Source of the DNA: an uncultured Verrucomicrobiae bacterium
GTDB lineage: Bacteria; Verrucomicrobiota; Verrucomicrobiia; Limisphaerales; Palsa-1400
Reading direction: 5' to 3'
Assembly (NCBI GenBank): GCA_963707025.1
Contig: CAVPOM010000018.1
Coordinates: 576,001-640,000, forward strand
DNA: 64,000 bases
In this document: piece after piece, positions 19,835 to 29,831 of the stretch
How the letters are laid out: every line of letters begins with the position of its first letter
Numbering within the stretch: position 1 is the first letter of the stretch
The notes under the pieces: generated by a model
Seen by the model: the letters and a program-made list of their open reading frames with translations, nothing else
The model's database searches: none
Told to the model about the DNA's origin: nothing
Position numbers and translations under genes: made by a program

Positions 19835-22258
19835 CTAACCACCGAACGCTGGGGACGCCGTGGACCATGGGGAAGGCCCGCACCGCTTGCCTGCGCCAAA
19901 CCAACTCCAGCACAGCCCGCAGACCATCAAGCCCAGCACGGACAGACACGCTCCCCAACGGAAGGCCAAGTCCTTGTAAACCAAGGTGATCTGGTGCCGG
20001 CCCGCCGGGGCCTCGACCGCTTGGAACGCCTCGTTGGCGCGCCATAATGGCACAGACTTGCCGTCCACGCTCGCTTTCCAATCATGATACCACGCCTGCG
20101 AAATGGATACCATGGCCGGACCGGGCGCCTCGACTTCCAGCACAATCCTGGCCGGGCTGAATTGTTGGGCGACCACCCGCGCCGCCTCCTGCCGTTGAGC
20201 GGTGATGGACGATTGCGCTTCCAGCGGCAGGTAAATGCTGGTGTGAAAGTCAATGGCGGGGTTGGCCAGTGCCTGCAAGGTCGCTTCTTCGCTGGCAAAG
20301 ACCGGCGCCTGCCCGGCCGTCAGCCACGGAATATAGGAAGGCCGCCGCACCCAGTCGAAAACTTTTCCCGGCGCAATGGTCTGGGAAACCGCCATGACAT
20401 CCTCCAATCCGGCCAGCCTGGCCTCCGCATTGATGTCAAAGAGGGAAAGAACTCTGTCAATCGGCCGCAAGTAAAGCGAGAAAAAGCCGTCCACCTTGGG
20501 CACGCCATCCAGCAGATTGCAGTTGGCCAAAAAGACCGACCGATTCAGCAAATAATTGGTCGCCATATCCGCCGCCGAATTGTAATACATCTGGTGGGCC
20601 GCGTAGGGGGACATCATGACCCGGGACTCTCCGGCCATGACCGGCCCCGTTTTAAAGATCCTTTCCAGCCCGGGCTGGTAAATGGAAGGAGCCACCGTCG
20701 GATTCTGCCAAGGCTCATGGGTCAGGACATCCAGCCAGCACATACCCAGCAAGGCCAGTCCGGTCCAGCCGCGCCAAGCCGGGCGGATGACCAGAAGATA
20801 AACCAGGCCGATTATCAAAATTAAGAAACCGGCCCGTTCCAATCCGTTGGCCGCCAGCTTCGCCCAAGGCAAGCCGCCGGCAGGCCACTGCCGGGCAAAC
20901 CAGAGGATCAGCCCAATCAGAACCAGCAGAGTGCAGCCGCAGGCCAAGTCCGGCCGCCACCAGCCCGGCCGGACCGGTTGCCAATTCTCGTATTGCCCGA
21001 TGGCCGCCGCCGCCAGCAGCGGCAGGGCGAAGATCGTGGCCAGAACAAACTTCACCGGATAACGGAACAGGCCCAAAAATGGGAAAAGATGCCGCAGCGG
21101 CGTGAACAAGAAACCCTGGTCGCCCAGCGCCAGAACCAGGCTCAGCCCCAGCACCACCCCGGGCAGCCAGACCCGCCAGGAGCGGCTGCGGCCCAGCGCC
21201 ATCACCGACAGAAAAACCGCGCCGGTCCCGGCATAATAAGAGGAGGTCCAGTGTTGATGCTCTTGCTGGATGATTTGCTGCCAGGGTGAAGTTTGGAAAA
21301 CGGGCACCAGAAAATTGGCCCAGCCGCACCCCGGCATGGACCAGGCGGAATTGCCAAACTGATTGCTCCGGTTGGAATGCAGGCTCAAATCCACGAACGG
21401 CAGCCATTGCGCCGCCGCCAGGCACAGCGCCAGGCAACCCACCCCAAAAAAACGGCGCGCCAAAATCAGGCGCGGCAACATATCGCTAAGAAAGGTAGGG
21501 CGGGCAGTCCTCTGCCCGCCGTCGGGGGCGGCGGGCAGGGGACTGCCCGCCCTACCACCCGCGGCCGATGAGGAACCAGACGCGAGAAGGGTTCCCTTGC
21601 CAAAGGAGAGCGCCGCCAGCGCGAACAGGAACAGCCAGGTCAGCAGGATGGTTTCCGGGCCGCCCGCCAGCACCTGCAACGCCGCCGCCAGCGCGGCCAG
21701 GATGATTTTGCGCCCGCCGCATTCCCAGGCCTCCTGGCCCAGCCAGATCACCCAGGGCATCAGGGCGAAGGTGGCGATATGACTGGGCCACATCAGGAAA
21801 TTGAGGGAAAGACCGTTGAAGGCAAAGAGCGTTCCGGCCACCGCCCCGCCCAAACGCGATCCGCTCCAGCGCGCCGCCAGAAAATACATGCCCAGACCCC
21901 CGAGAAAAAGATGCAGCAAACAAAAAAACGGCAGCGACCACGTCAGCGGCAACAGCAAATAGATCAACGAGGGCGGATACAGCGTCAGCGTGTTCAACTG
22001 GGCCAGAAAAGGCGTGCCGCAGCAACTGAGCGGATTCCACAGCGGCCATTCGCCCCGCCAAAAGCTCTCGCGGAAATAACCGGCGACCGGATAACTAAAA
22101 AGCCCGAAATCGCGCACCGCGAAGGTCTGCCCCCCTTGCAGCACCTCGCGGAACGGAATAAAAATCATCACCGCCAACAGCGCGGCAAACAGACCCGGCG
22201 ACCACCAGTTTTGGCCGGCGCTGGGAAGGCAAGGGGCGCATTTCACTTTTCCGGGCAT
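19835..22258 (-). CDS. YfhO-like polytopic membrane protein (GT-C glycosyltransferase-like)
   Basis: PLWNPLSCCGTPFLA, LYPP, FRYPVKF and C-terminal WYHDWKASVDG..RANEAFQAV..PAGRH motifs. Confidence 0.85.
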   Translation of the reverse strand: MPGKVKCAPCLPSAGQNWWSPGLFAALLAVMIFIPFREVLQGGQTFAVRDFGLFSYPVAGYFRESFWRGEWPLWNPLSCCGTPFLAQLNTLTLYPPSLIYLLLPLTWSLPFFCLLHLFLGGLGMYFLAARWSGSRLGGAVAGTLFAFNGLSLNFLMWPSHIATFALMPWVIWLGQEAWECGGRKIILAALAAALQVLAGGPETILLTWLFLFALAALSFGKGTLLASGSSSAAGGRAGSPLPAAPDGGQRTARPTFLSDMLPRLILARRFFGVGCLALCLAAAQWLPFVDLSLHSNRSNQFGNSAWSMPGCGWANFLVPVFQTSPWQQIIQQEHQHWTSSYYAGTGAVFLSVMALGRSRSWRVWLPGVVLGLSLVLALGDQGFLFTPLRHLFPFLGLFRYPVKFVLATIFALPLLAAAAIGQYENWQPVRPGWWRPDLACGCTLLVLIGLILWFARQWPAGGLPWAKLAANGLERAGFLILIIGLVYLLVIRPAWRGWTGLALLGMCWLDVLTHEPWQNPTVAPSIYQPGLERIFKTGPVMAGESRVMMSPYAAHQMYYNSAADMATNYLLNRSVFLANCNLLDGVPKVDGFFSLYLRPIDRVLSLFDINAEARLAGLEDVMAVSQTIAPGKVFDWVRRPSYIPWLTAGQAPVFASEEATLQALANPAIDFHTSIYLPLEAQSSITAQRQEAARVVAQQFSPARIVLEVEAPGPAMVSISQAWYHDWKASVDGKSVPLWRANEAFQAVEAPAGRHQITLVYKDLAFRWGACLSVLGLMVCGLCWSWFGAGKRCGPSPWSTASPAFGG
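21494..21556. repeat. GTAG-type REP palindrome inside a CDS
   Basis: GGTAGGGCGGGCAGTCC...GGACTGCCCGCCCTACC, same family as the core at 1111-1165. Confidence 0.85.
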
Positions 22259-22265
22259 CTTCTCC

Positions 22266-22370
22266 TAATCTTAATCCTAATCTAATCTTAATCCCCTCCG
22301 TGTTTTTCACGATCGAAGAGCAGATTCATTCGGCTTAAGATTAAGATTAAGATTAGGATTAGGATTAAGA
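22266..22370. repeat. Inverted hexamer tandem repeats (TAATCT)n...(GATTAA/G)n
   Basis: Visible directly. Confidence 0.8.
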
Positions 22371-22410
22371 AAGCCGAAAACGGCGGCGCCGGGCCAGACC
22401 GCCGGCGCTT

Positions 22411-22647
22411 TTATTGTCTTTCGTATTCACCCTTGTTGACACGTTTGAGAACGGTGAAGCCGGCTTTTTTGGCGTCGGAAATGGAAAGCGAGCGGGGCGT
22501 GTTGAAGGTGGAAAAGACCTTGCGCACGGGCCGGCGGCACGCGGGACAAACCTTCAGTTCCGCCGCGTCCAGCGGGCGGCGCAAAGTGAAGCGCCCCTGG
22601 CAGACCGGGCAATTCCCTTCGCACAATTCATATTCGTATAATGGCAT
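22411..22647 (-). CDS. FmdB-family zinc-ribbon protein
   Basis: MPLYEYE..CPVC...CPAC...VRKVFS. Confidence 0.85.
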   Translation of the reverse strand: MPLYEYELCEGNCPVCQGRFTLRRPLDAAELKVCPACRRPVRKVFSTFNTPRSLSISDAKKAGFTVLKRVNKGEYERQ

Positions 22648-22860
22648 GGCTGATCCTCTTATAGCACAGGTTGCGGCCAATCGCGCTGCCATTATTATAG
22701 CACGCGCGGCCGGCCGGGGCCAACTCAGGAAAACCCCCGTTAGTATCCTGATTTGTTGCAGGGTCGAGCCTGCGCCTCGAAATCGGCGCCCTGCGCCGAC
22801 AAGACAACAACCAAATTAAGGCACGACCGGCAACGGCGGGGGCGGGTCAGACCTGTGCGC

Positions 22861-22955
22861 CCCAAATGACCAATTCTCAATGACCAGTTTTCAATCGTTT
22901 GAATCGCGGAAATCCTGCCCAAGGCAAAGAATCGCCAAAAAAACAGATGCGCCCC
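22861..22955. repeat. Dispersed ~95-bp repeat
   Basis: Reverse complement matches 51800-51892 and in part 53826-53871. Confidence 0.75.
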
Positions 22956-23019
22956 CGTCCCGCCTTCCCGTTTGGTTTTGAATGACTTTTGCGGGCAGGC
23001 GGATATACTGCCGCGCTTG

Positions 23020-25185
23020 ATGACTGGCGAAGCAACAACCCTGGCCCCGGAACACCTCCTCAACCGCGAGTTGAGCTGGCTGGAGTTCAATCATCGCGTG
23101 CTGGAGGAGGCGCTGGACCCGGCCACGCCGCTGTTGGAGCGGGTCAAGTTCTTTTGCATTTTCAGCTCCAACCTGGACGAGTTTTTCGAGGTGCGCGTCG
23201 CCGGCCTGAAACAGCAATTGGACAGCCCGGTGGTGGACCGCACGCCCGACGGCATGACGGTCACGGAAAACCTGCGGGCGGTCACCCGCCGGGTGCGCCA
23301 ACTGGTGGAGCGTCAATACAAATGCTGGCGGGAGGAATTGCGGCCCGCCCTGGCGGAACACGGCATCCGCTTCCTTGCCTTTGCCGAGCTGTCCGCCGCC
23401 GACCGCGCCTGGGTGGAAAATTTCTACCGCACCCAGGTCCGGCCGGTGCTCACGCCGCTGGGTTTGGATCCGGCCCATCCTTTTCCGCAGTTGCTCAACA
23501 AATCGCTCAACAGCATCGTGCAACTGGAAATCACGCAGGAGGGGGAAACGCGCCAGCGACTGGCGGTGGTGCAAGTGCCGCGGGTGCTGCCGCGCCTGGT
23601 CAAGCTGCCCCGGCCCGATTCTTCCGCGCAACATTATCTGTTCCTCGGCGCGGTCATCGGGCATTACCTGGCCGACCTGTTTCCCGGCACCACCATCCTC
23701 GGCTACTGGCATTTCCGCGTCACCCGCAACAGCGAGCTTTACATAGATGAAGAGGAAACGGCCAACCTGCTCAAAGCGGTTGAAAATGAACTGCTCAACC
23801 GCCGGCGCGGCGAGGCCGTGCGCCTGGAAGTCGAGTACGGCTGCCCGCTGGAAATCCGGGCCCAGCTTCTGGAAAACCTCGGACTGACCGAAGAGGACCT
23901 GTTCCTGATTGACGGGCCGGTCAACCCCATCCGCCTGAGCGCCATCACCGAAGGCGACCATTCGCCCGAACTGCGCGATCCGCCGTTTATCGCCCCGGTG
24001 GCCGCCGCGCTGCGGGAGCGTCCGGACGTTTTCGCCGCCATCCGGGAGCGGGACCTGCTGCTGCATCATCCCTACGAGAATTTCAGCAGCGTGGTGGATT
24101 TTCTCAAGCAGGCCGCCGCCGATCCCGGCGTGCTCGCGGTCAAACAAACGCTCTATCGCACGGGCGGCGACGCGCAAGTCGTCGGCGCGCTGATGGAGGC
24201 GGTGCGCAACGGCAAGCAGGTGACGGCGGTGGTCGAACTGAAGGCCCGTTTCGACGAAGCCAACAACATCCTTTGGGCCCGGCGGCTGGAGGAGGCCGGC
24301 GTGCATGTCGTCTATGGGCTGGTCGGCTGCAAAATCCACGCCAAGATGTGCCTGGTGGTGCGCAAGGACAGCGACGGCATCCGCCGTTACCTGCATCTGG
24401 GCACGGGCAATTACAACCCCGCCACGGCCCGTTTTTACAGCGACCTGAGCCTGCTGACCTGCAAACCGGCCTTCGGCGAGGACGCGACCAATCTTTTTAA
24501 TCTGCTCACCGGCATCTGCCAGTTTCAGGGAACGAAAAAGCTGCTGGTCGCCCCCTTCCAACTGCACCCGCGCATGATCGCCCTGATCGAGCGGGAAGCG
24601 GTTCATGCGAAAAAGGGCCTGCCCGCGCGCATCATCGCCAAAATGAACGCGCTGGTGGACCCGCAGATCATCGGGGCCCTCTGCCGCGCCTCCCAGGCGG
24701 GAGTGCAAATTGACTTGATCGTGCGCGGGATTTGCTGTCTGCGCCCGCGGGTCAAAGGGGTGAGCGACCGCATCACGGTGCGCAGCATCGTGGATCGTTT
24801 TCTGGAACACAGCCGCATCTTTTATTTTGAAAACGCCTGCCAACCGGAAGTTTTCGCGGGCAGCGCCGACTGGATGCCGCGCAATTTTTTCCGCCGCATC
24901 GAGGTGGTTTTCCCGGTGGAAGACGGCAATTTGCGCGAGCGCCTGCGGGGCGAATTGCTGGAAATCATCCTGCAGGACAACGAGAAGGCGCGTTTTTTGC
25001 AACGCGGCGGCTCCTACCGGCGGCTGCGCCGCCGCCCGGGCGCCCCGGCGCGCCGCAGCCAGAACGAATTCATCCACTTGGCCGAATCCCGGCCGCCGGC
25101 CGGGGCCGCCGCCGGGCAAAGCGACGGGAAGTTTCCCCGCTTTAAGCTGGCGCCCAGCCCCCTGGCCGAAGCGCCGCCGGGATAA
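23020..25185 (+). CDS. ppk1: Polyphosphate kinase 1
   Basis: NRELSWLEFN, SSNLDEFFEVRV, LLHHPYE, ELKARFDE, GTGNYN and SADWMPRN motifs. Confidence 0.98.
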   Translation: MTGEATTLAPEHLLNRELSWLEFNHRVLEEALDPATPLLERVKFFCIFSSNLDEFFEVRVAGLKQQLDSPVVDRTPDGMTVTENLRAVTRRVRQLVERQYKCWREELRPALAEHGIRFLAFAELSAADRAWVENFYRTQVRPVLTPLGLDPAHPFPQLLNKSLNSIVQLEITQEGETRQRLAVVQVPRVLPRLVKLPRPDSSAQHYLFLGAVIGHYLADLFPGTTILGYWHFRVTRNSELYIDEEETANLLKAVENELLNRRRGEAVRLEVEYGCPLEIRAQLLENLGLTEEDLFLIDGPVNPIRLSAITEGDHSPELRDPPFIAPVAAALRERPDVFAAIRERDLLLHHPYENFSSVVDFLKQAAADPGVLAVKQTLYRTGGDAQVVGALMEAVRNGKQVTAVVELKARFDEANNILWARRLEEAGVHVVYGLVGCKIHAKMCLVVRKDSDGIRRYLHLGTGNYNPATARFYSDLSLLTCKPAFGEDATNLFNLLTGICQFQGTKKLLVAPFQLHPRMIALIEREAVHAKKGLPARIIAKMNALVDPQIIGALCRASQAGVQIDLIVRGICCLRPRVKGVSDRITVRSIVDRFLEHSRIFYFENACQPEVFAGSADWMPRNFFRRIEVVFPVEDGNLRERLRGELLEIILQDNEKARFLQRGGSYRRLRRRPGAPARRSQNEFIHLAESRPPAGAAAGQSDGKFPRFKLAPSPLAEAPPG

Positions 25186-25189
25186 ACCG

Positions 25190-25813
25190 ATGTTGCGAAC
25201 CAAATTCATCCCCGCCAGCGCGCCGGCCTGCCGCCGCCTCATGGTGGTGCTGCACGGGTTGGGCGACAGCCTGGAAGGCTGGCTCTGGCTGCCCGGGGCG
25301 CTGCAACTGCCCTGGCTTAATTTCTTGCTGGTCAACGCCCCCGAGCCGTACTACGGCGGCTGGTCCTGGTACGACTTGGATTCGGGCGCGGGCCTGGCCG
25401 CGAGCCGTCAAATGCTTTTCCAATTGTTGGATGGACTCAAGGAATATCCCGCCGGTCAGATCGTGTTGTGCGGTTTTTCGCAGGGCTGCCTCATGGCGAT
25501 TGAAGCCGGGGTGCGTTATCCGCGCCGGCTGGGGGGAATCGTGGGGATCAGCGGCTACGTGCATGAGCCGGAACAGTTGATCCGGGAAATGTCGCCGGTG
25601 GCGCGCCAGCAGCGGTTTCTCCTCACCCACGGCACGCACGACCCGCTCATCGCCATCGAAAGGGCGCGCCCGCAAGTGGCCTTGTTGAAGACGGCGGGGC
25701 TGAAAATTGACTGGCGCGAATTCGTCAAAGGCCATACTGTAGCGGGCGAAGAGGAGGTGGCGGTCATTCGTCAGTTTGTCCGGGACTGTTATGCTGAGAC
25801 TGCAAAGGAGTGA
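25190..25813 (+). CDS. Phospholipase/carboxylesterase (alpha/beta hydrolase)
   Basis: LHGLGDS, GFSQG, HGTHDP and GH motifs. Confidence 0.92.
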   Translation: MLRTKFIPASAPACRRLMVVLHGLGDSLEGWLWLPGALQLPWLNFLLVNAPEPYYGGWSWYDLDSGAGLAASRQMLFQLLDGLKEYPAGQIVLCGFSQGCLMAIEAGVRYPRRLGGIVGISGYVHEPEQLIREMSPVARQQRFLLTHGTHDPLIAIERARPQVALLKTAGLKIDWREFVKGHTVAGEEEVAVIRQFVRDCYAETAKE

Positions 25814-28412
25814 AGCCAGGAGTTGGCGGCGTGTCGTGCAGATGACGGCGCTGTGGCCGCTTTTTTGGCTGGCGGCCCAAGGCGCGGCGATCACCGGTTT
25901 TTCTCCCGCTTCCGGCCCGCCGGGAACGGTGGTGACGGTGAACGGCTCCGGATTATCGCACCCGGCCGGTTTTCTTTTCAACAGCGTCACCTACGCCGAT
26001 TTCGACCTCGTTTCGGACAGCCAGCTCCAAGTGGTCGTGCCCTTGGGCGCCACCACCGGGCCGCTCAGCGTGGTCGTGGGAGGCGTGGCCAGCGCCAGCA
26101 GCGGCACTTTCACGGTGGCTCCCTTCATCAGTTCCTTCAACCCGGCCAGCGGAGCGCACCCCACCGCGGTCACCCTCTTCGGCGGCAATTTCGTCACCGG
26201 CGCCACCACCGTGACCTTCACCGGGGCAAGCCCCGTCAACGGCACGGTCACCGCCCAGAACCAGGTCGTCGCCGTCGTGCCCACCAACGCCGCCGACGGC
26301 CCGATCACGGTGACGACCAGCGCCGGGGCGGCGGTGACGGCCGGTAATTTTTTGGTCAGCCTTTCTCCCACCATCACCGATTTTTCGCCCGCCTCCGGCA
26401 CCAACGGCACGACGGTGGTGATTGACGGCTCCAACTTCATCACCAATGGCACGACGGTGAAGTTCGGCAGTTATGCTTCCGGCAGCGTCGCGGTGGTGGC
26501 GTCCACCCAGCTTCAGGCGGTGGTGCCGACGGGCGCGACCAACGCCGCCATCACCGTTGCCACCACCAACGGGGCTTATGTGAGCAGCAACATTTTCATG
26601 ACCGGATTCACCTCCGGCATAACGGATTTTAATCCGACCTTCGGGGGATCGAACGCGAATGTAATTATTGACGGCTTTGGCTTCAGCACCGCGACCAGCC
26701 TGGTTTTCGCGGGCGTCACGCTCCTGCCCGGCTCCCATTACATCACTGCGGTTAACGACACCCAGATGCAAGTGGTGGTCCCCCCGGGCGCCAGCAACGG
26801 ACCCATCACGGTCGTTTCTTCCCGCGGCAGCTTCACCACCAGTTCCAATTTCCTGACCAGCCCCGGGCCGGTCATCACGGATTTCAATCCCGTGGCGGCC
26901 GGGCCCGGCGCGAACGTGACGCTGGACGGCTTCAATTTCGCGCCGGGGATGAGCGTGAAGTTCGGCGGCAAGAGCGCGGCCGGCTTCACCGTCACGCAAG
27001 TCAACCAACTCCAGGTCGCCGTCCCGGCCGGCGCCACCAACGCGCCCATCTCGGTTTCGCTCGGATTGGACAGCTTCACCACCAGCAGTAATTTTACCGT
27101 CACCGGAGCGGGTCCCATCATCACCGGATTTACTCCGGCGTGGGGAGCGCAGGGCATGACCGTGACCATCTCCGGCAGTTTTGCCAGCCTTGGCTCGCCG
27201 GGGGTGGAGTTCAACGGGACGGCCGCCAGCTACACCCCTCTGACCAGCTACGATCAGGTGCAGGCCGTCGTGCCCGCCGCGGCGACCTCCGGCCCGATCA
27301 GCCTCGCCAACAGCGGCGGCACGAACACCAGTTCGGCGCTGTTTTATCTTCAGCCCTGGATCACCAACTTCACCCCCGCCAGCGCCATCGCCACGGCCAC
27401 CGTCACCATCAACGGACGCAACCTGGCCAACGCCACTTCCTTGCTGGTCAACGGCGTGCCCTGGAGTTTCACCGGCACGGCCACGCAAATCGTGGCGGCC
27501 ATCCCGACCAACGCCAGCACCGGCGCGATGACGCTGGCCGCGCCCGGCGGCATTTATATTGACACCAATGTGTTCAAGGTGCTGCCCAAAATCAACAGCT
27601 TCAGCCCGCTGGTCGGCCCGACCAACTCCGTCGTCGTTATTTATGGCACGACCCTTCTCCATGTGACCAACGTCCAATTCAACGGCGTCAACGCGAGGCC
27701 GTCCTCGGCCAGCGCCAGTCAAGTGCAGGTGGTGGTGCCGTACAACGCCGTCTCCGGCCCGATCACCGTTTTCTCCGCCGATGGCAGTTCGGTCAGCGCC
27801 GCCTCTTTCGCCGTGACCCAGCCGAGCCTGGTCGTCCTCACCAAAACCGCCTCGTCCCAGCTCCTGGCGCCGGGCGCCAGCGTGACCTACACCCTGACGG
27901 TGACAAACCAGGGCCCGTCCATCGTCTCCGGCCTCATCATCACCGATCTCCTGCCCGCCTCGCTCAATTACCTTTCCGCCGGCAGCACGCTGGGGGCCTG
28001 CGCCTTCAGCAACGGCGTCCTCACCTGCAACGCCGGCATCCTGACCAACAACTTTGGACTGACCATCACCATCACGGGAAATTCCGCCGTCAGCGGAGAC
28101 CTGGTCAACACCGCCTCGCTCAATTTCATCGAAGGCAACCTGGACAATGAGGACAACTTCGCCTCCGCCGAAGTATTATATTTGACAGATCTGCAAAGGA
28201 CCTTGAGCCTACAGCGTCTGGCGGCGCCGCCGCGGGTGGTGCTCTCCTGGCCCAGTTCGGGCGTGTCCTTTCTGCTGGAGTACAGCACCAACCTGGCAAA
28301 CCCGGCCAACTGGCAAACCAACACTTCGGCCCAGACCGTCATCGGCGGCCAGGTTTATGTCACCAACAGCGCCGCCGGGCCTTCGACTTTCTTCCAGCTC
28401 AAAACGCACTGA
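25791..28412 (+). CDS. Secreted IPT/TIG-repeat protein with a DUF11 domain
   Basis: About 8 repeats of 'P.ITdFsPasG..gt.VtI.G.nf', then LTKTAS...YTLTVTNQGPS, and a C-terminal LEYSTNL..W...FFQL tail. Confidence 0.88.
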   Translation: MLRLQRSEARSWRRVVQMTALWPLFWLAAQGAAITGFSPASGPPGTVVTVNGSGLSHPAGFLFNSVTYADFDLVSDSQLQVVVPLGATTGPLSVVVGGVASASSGTFTVAPFISSFNPASGAHPTAVTLFGGNFVTGATTVTFTGASPVNGTVTAQNQVVAVVPTNAADGPITVTTSAGAAVTAGNFLVSLSPTITDFSPASGTNGTTVVIDGSNFITNGTTVKFGSYASGSVAVVASTQLQAVVPTGATNAAITVATTNGAYVSSNIFMTGFTSGITDFNPTFGGSNANVIIDGFGFSTATSLVFAGVTLLPGSHYITAVNDTQMQVVVPPGASNGPITVVSSRGSFTTSSNFLTSPGPVITDFNPVAAGPGANVTLDGFNFAPGMSVKFGGKSAAGFTVTQVNQLQVAVPAGATNAPISVSLGLDSFTTSSNFTVTGAGPIITGFTPAWGAQGMTVTISGSFASLGSPGVEFNGTAASYTPLTSYDQVQAVVPAAATSGPISLANSGGTNTSSALFYLQPWITNFTPASAIATATVTINGRNLANATSLLVNGVPWSFTGTATQIVAAIPTNASTGAMTLAAPGGIYIDTNVFKVLPKINSFSPLVGPTNSVVVIYGTTLLHVTNVQFNGVNARPSSASASQVQVVVPYNAVSGPITVFSADGSSVSAASFAVTQPSLVVLTKTASSQLLAPGASVTYTLTVTNQGPSIVSGLIITDLLPASLNYLSAGSTLGACAFSNGVLTCNAGILTNNFGLTITITGNSAVSGDLVNTASLNFIEGNLDNEDNFASAEVLYLTDLQRTLSLQRLAAPPRVVLSWPSSGVSFLLEYSTNLANPANWQTNTSAQTVIGGQVYVTNSAAGPSTFFQLKTH

Positions 28413-28530
28413 GCCTCCCCGGCTCGCCGCCCGGAAATTCCAGGCGGGAATTGCCGGGATTCAATCCACCGGGGCGGTTTTCCTTGAGGAAAAACATTGC
28501 CCGCCGGCGGCTGCTTTCCTATGGTGGGGC

Positions 28531-29313
28531 GTGCCGGTGCATTTCACCATTTTGGGCAGCGGATCGGGCGGCAATAGCGCTTTCCTGGAAACGCCCGTCG
28601 CCCGCCTGCTGATTGACGCCGGTTTAAGCGGACGCCAAATCCGCCAGCGCCTCGGCACCATCGGTCGTTCGCCGGAAACCCTGCACGGCATTCTCATCAC
28701 CCACGAACATTCCGACCACATTGCCGGCCTGGCCGGCCTGGCCACCCGCCTGCAACTGCCCGTCTATTGCAACCGCCTGACCCGGGAAGCCATCGAAGCC
28801 CAGTTGCAAATCCAAATCAACGCCCGCATTTTCGAAACCGGCGCCTCCTTCGAAGTCGGCGATGTCACCGTGGACACCTTCTCCGTTCCGCATGACGCCA
28901 GTGATCCGGTCGGTTTTCTGCTGCACACGCCCTCCGGCAACATCGGCATTCTGACCGATCTGGGCCATGTCACCAAGCTGGTGGTCGAGCGGGTCCGCGC
29001 CGCCAATGTGCTCCTGCTCGAAACCAATCACGATGTCAAAATGTTGCAGGACGACCCGCGCCGCCCCTGGAGTTTGAAGCAACGCATCCTGAGCCGTCAT
29101 GGCCACCTCTCCAACGACGGCGCCGCCGACCTGGTGGAGCAAATCGTTTCCGCCGGCCTGGGCCGTCTTTACCTGGGCCATCTCAGCCGCGATTGCAACC
29201 GGCCCGAACTGGCCATTCGCGTCGTCCGTGAGCGCCTGCGCCAGATGGGCGTCACCCATGTCCAGGTCGAATCCACCTGCCAGGACACGCCCTCCCCCAC
29301 TTTTTTGTGGTAG
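28531..29313 (+). CDS. MBL-fold metallo-hydrolase (YycJ/WalJ-like)
   Basis: LGSGSGGN, THEHSDH, PHDA, TDLG, ETNHD, GHLSN and HLSRDCN motifs. Confidence 0.92.
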   Translation: MPVHFTILGSGSGGNSAFLETPVARLLIDAGLSGRQIRQRLGTIGRSPETLHGILITHEHSDHIAGLAGLATRLQLPVYCNRLTREAIEAQLQIQINARIFETGASFEVGDVTVDTFSVPHDASDPVGFLLHTPSGNIGILTDLGHVTKLVVERVRAANVLLLETNHDVKMLQDDPRRPWSLKQRILSRHGHLSNDGAADLVEQIVSAGLGRLYLGHLSRDCNRPELAIRVVRERLRQMGVTHVQVESTCQDTPSPTFLW

Positions 29314-29316
29314 AAC

Positions 29317-29801
29317 CTATCTCTTCCCCTCAATTTCCAGGAAGGCGGCGGTCATCGCCCGGATGCCGGTTTTGATGGATGGCTCCGGCAACGGGGCAAA
29401 CAAGCTGGAATGCAGCGAAGGCAGCGGCTGGCCCGTGCGCAAGGCTTCCATCTTGGACTCCACGCTGATCGTGCCCAGCCAGAACATGCAAGTCGGCACT
29501 TTTTCCGCCGTCCGGCCCAGTTGCCCGAAATCCTCCCCGCCCATCACCGGCTCTTTATGGAAAACATGCCCCTCTCCGAAGACCGACCGGAAAACGCCCG
29601 TCAACCGGCGCGTCAAAGCCGGATCGTTCACCATCACCGGGGTGGAATCATTTTCCAGGACATGGACGACCGGCAGGCGGTCTTCCGGCAGGCCCGCCGC
29701 AAGGGCCAGACCGCGGGTGATGCGCCGGATGGCGGCGATGGTTTGCAGCCGCACCTCGTCCGAGTAGGAACGAATAGAGTCAACAAGTATTTTAGTTTCA
29801 T
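29317..29801 (-). pseudogene. M20 amidohydrolase with a large internal deletion
   Basis: Only the C-terminal ~150 aa remain (RSYSDEVR, VNDP.L, MGGEDF, LHSSLFAP), joined out of frame to an ATG-led leader MKLKYLLTLFV. Confidence 0.75.
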
Positions 29802-29831
29802 GGGTTTTGGCAGGAGACGGCCTGGGCGCGC

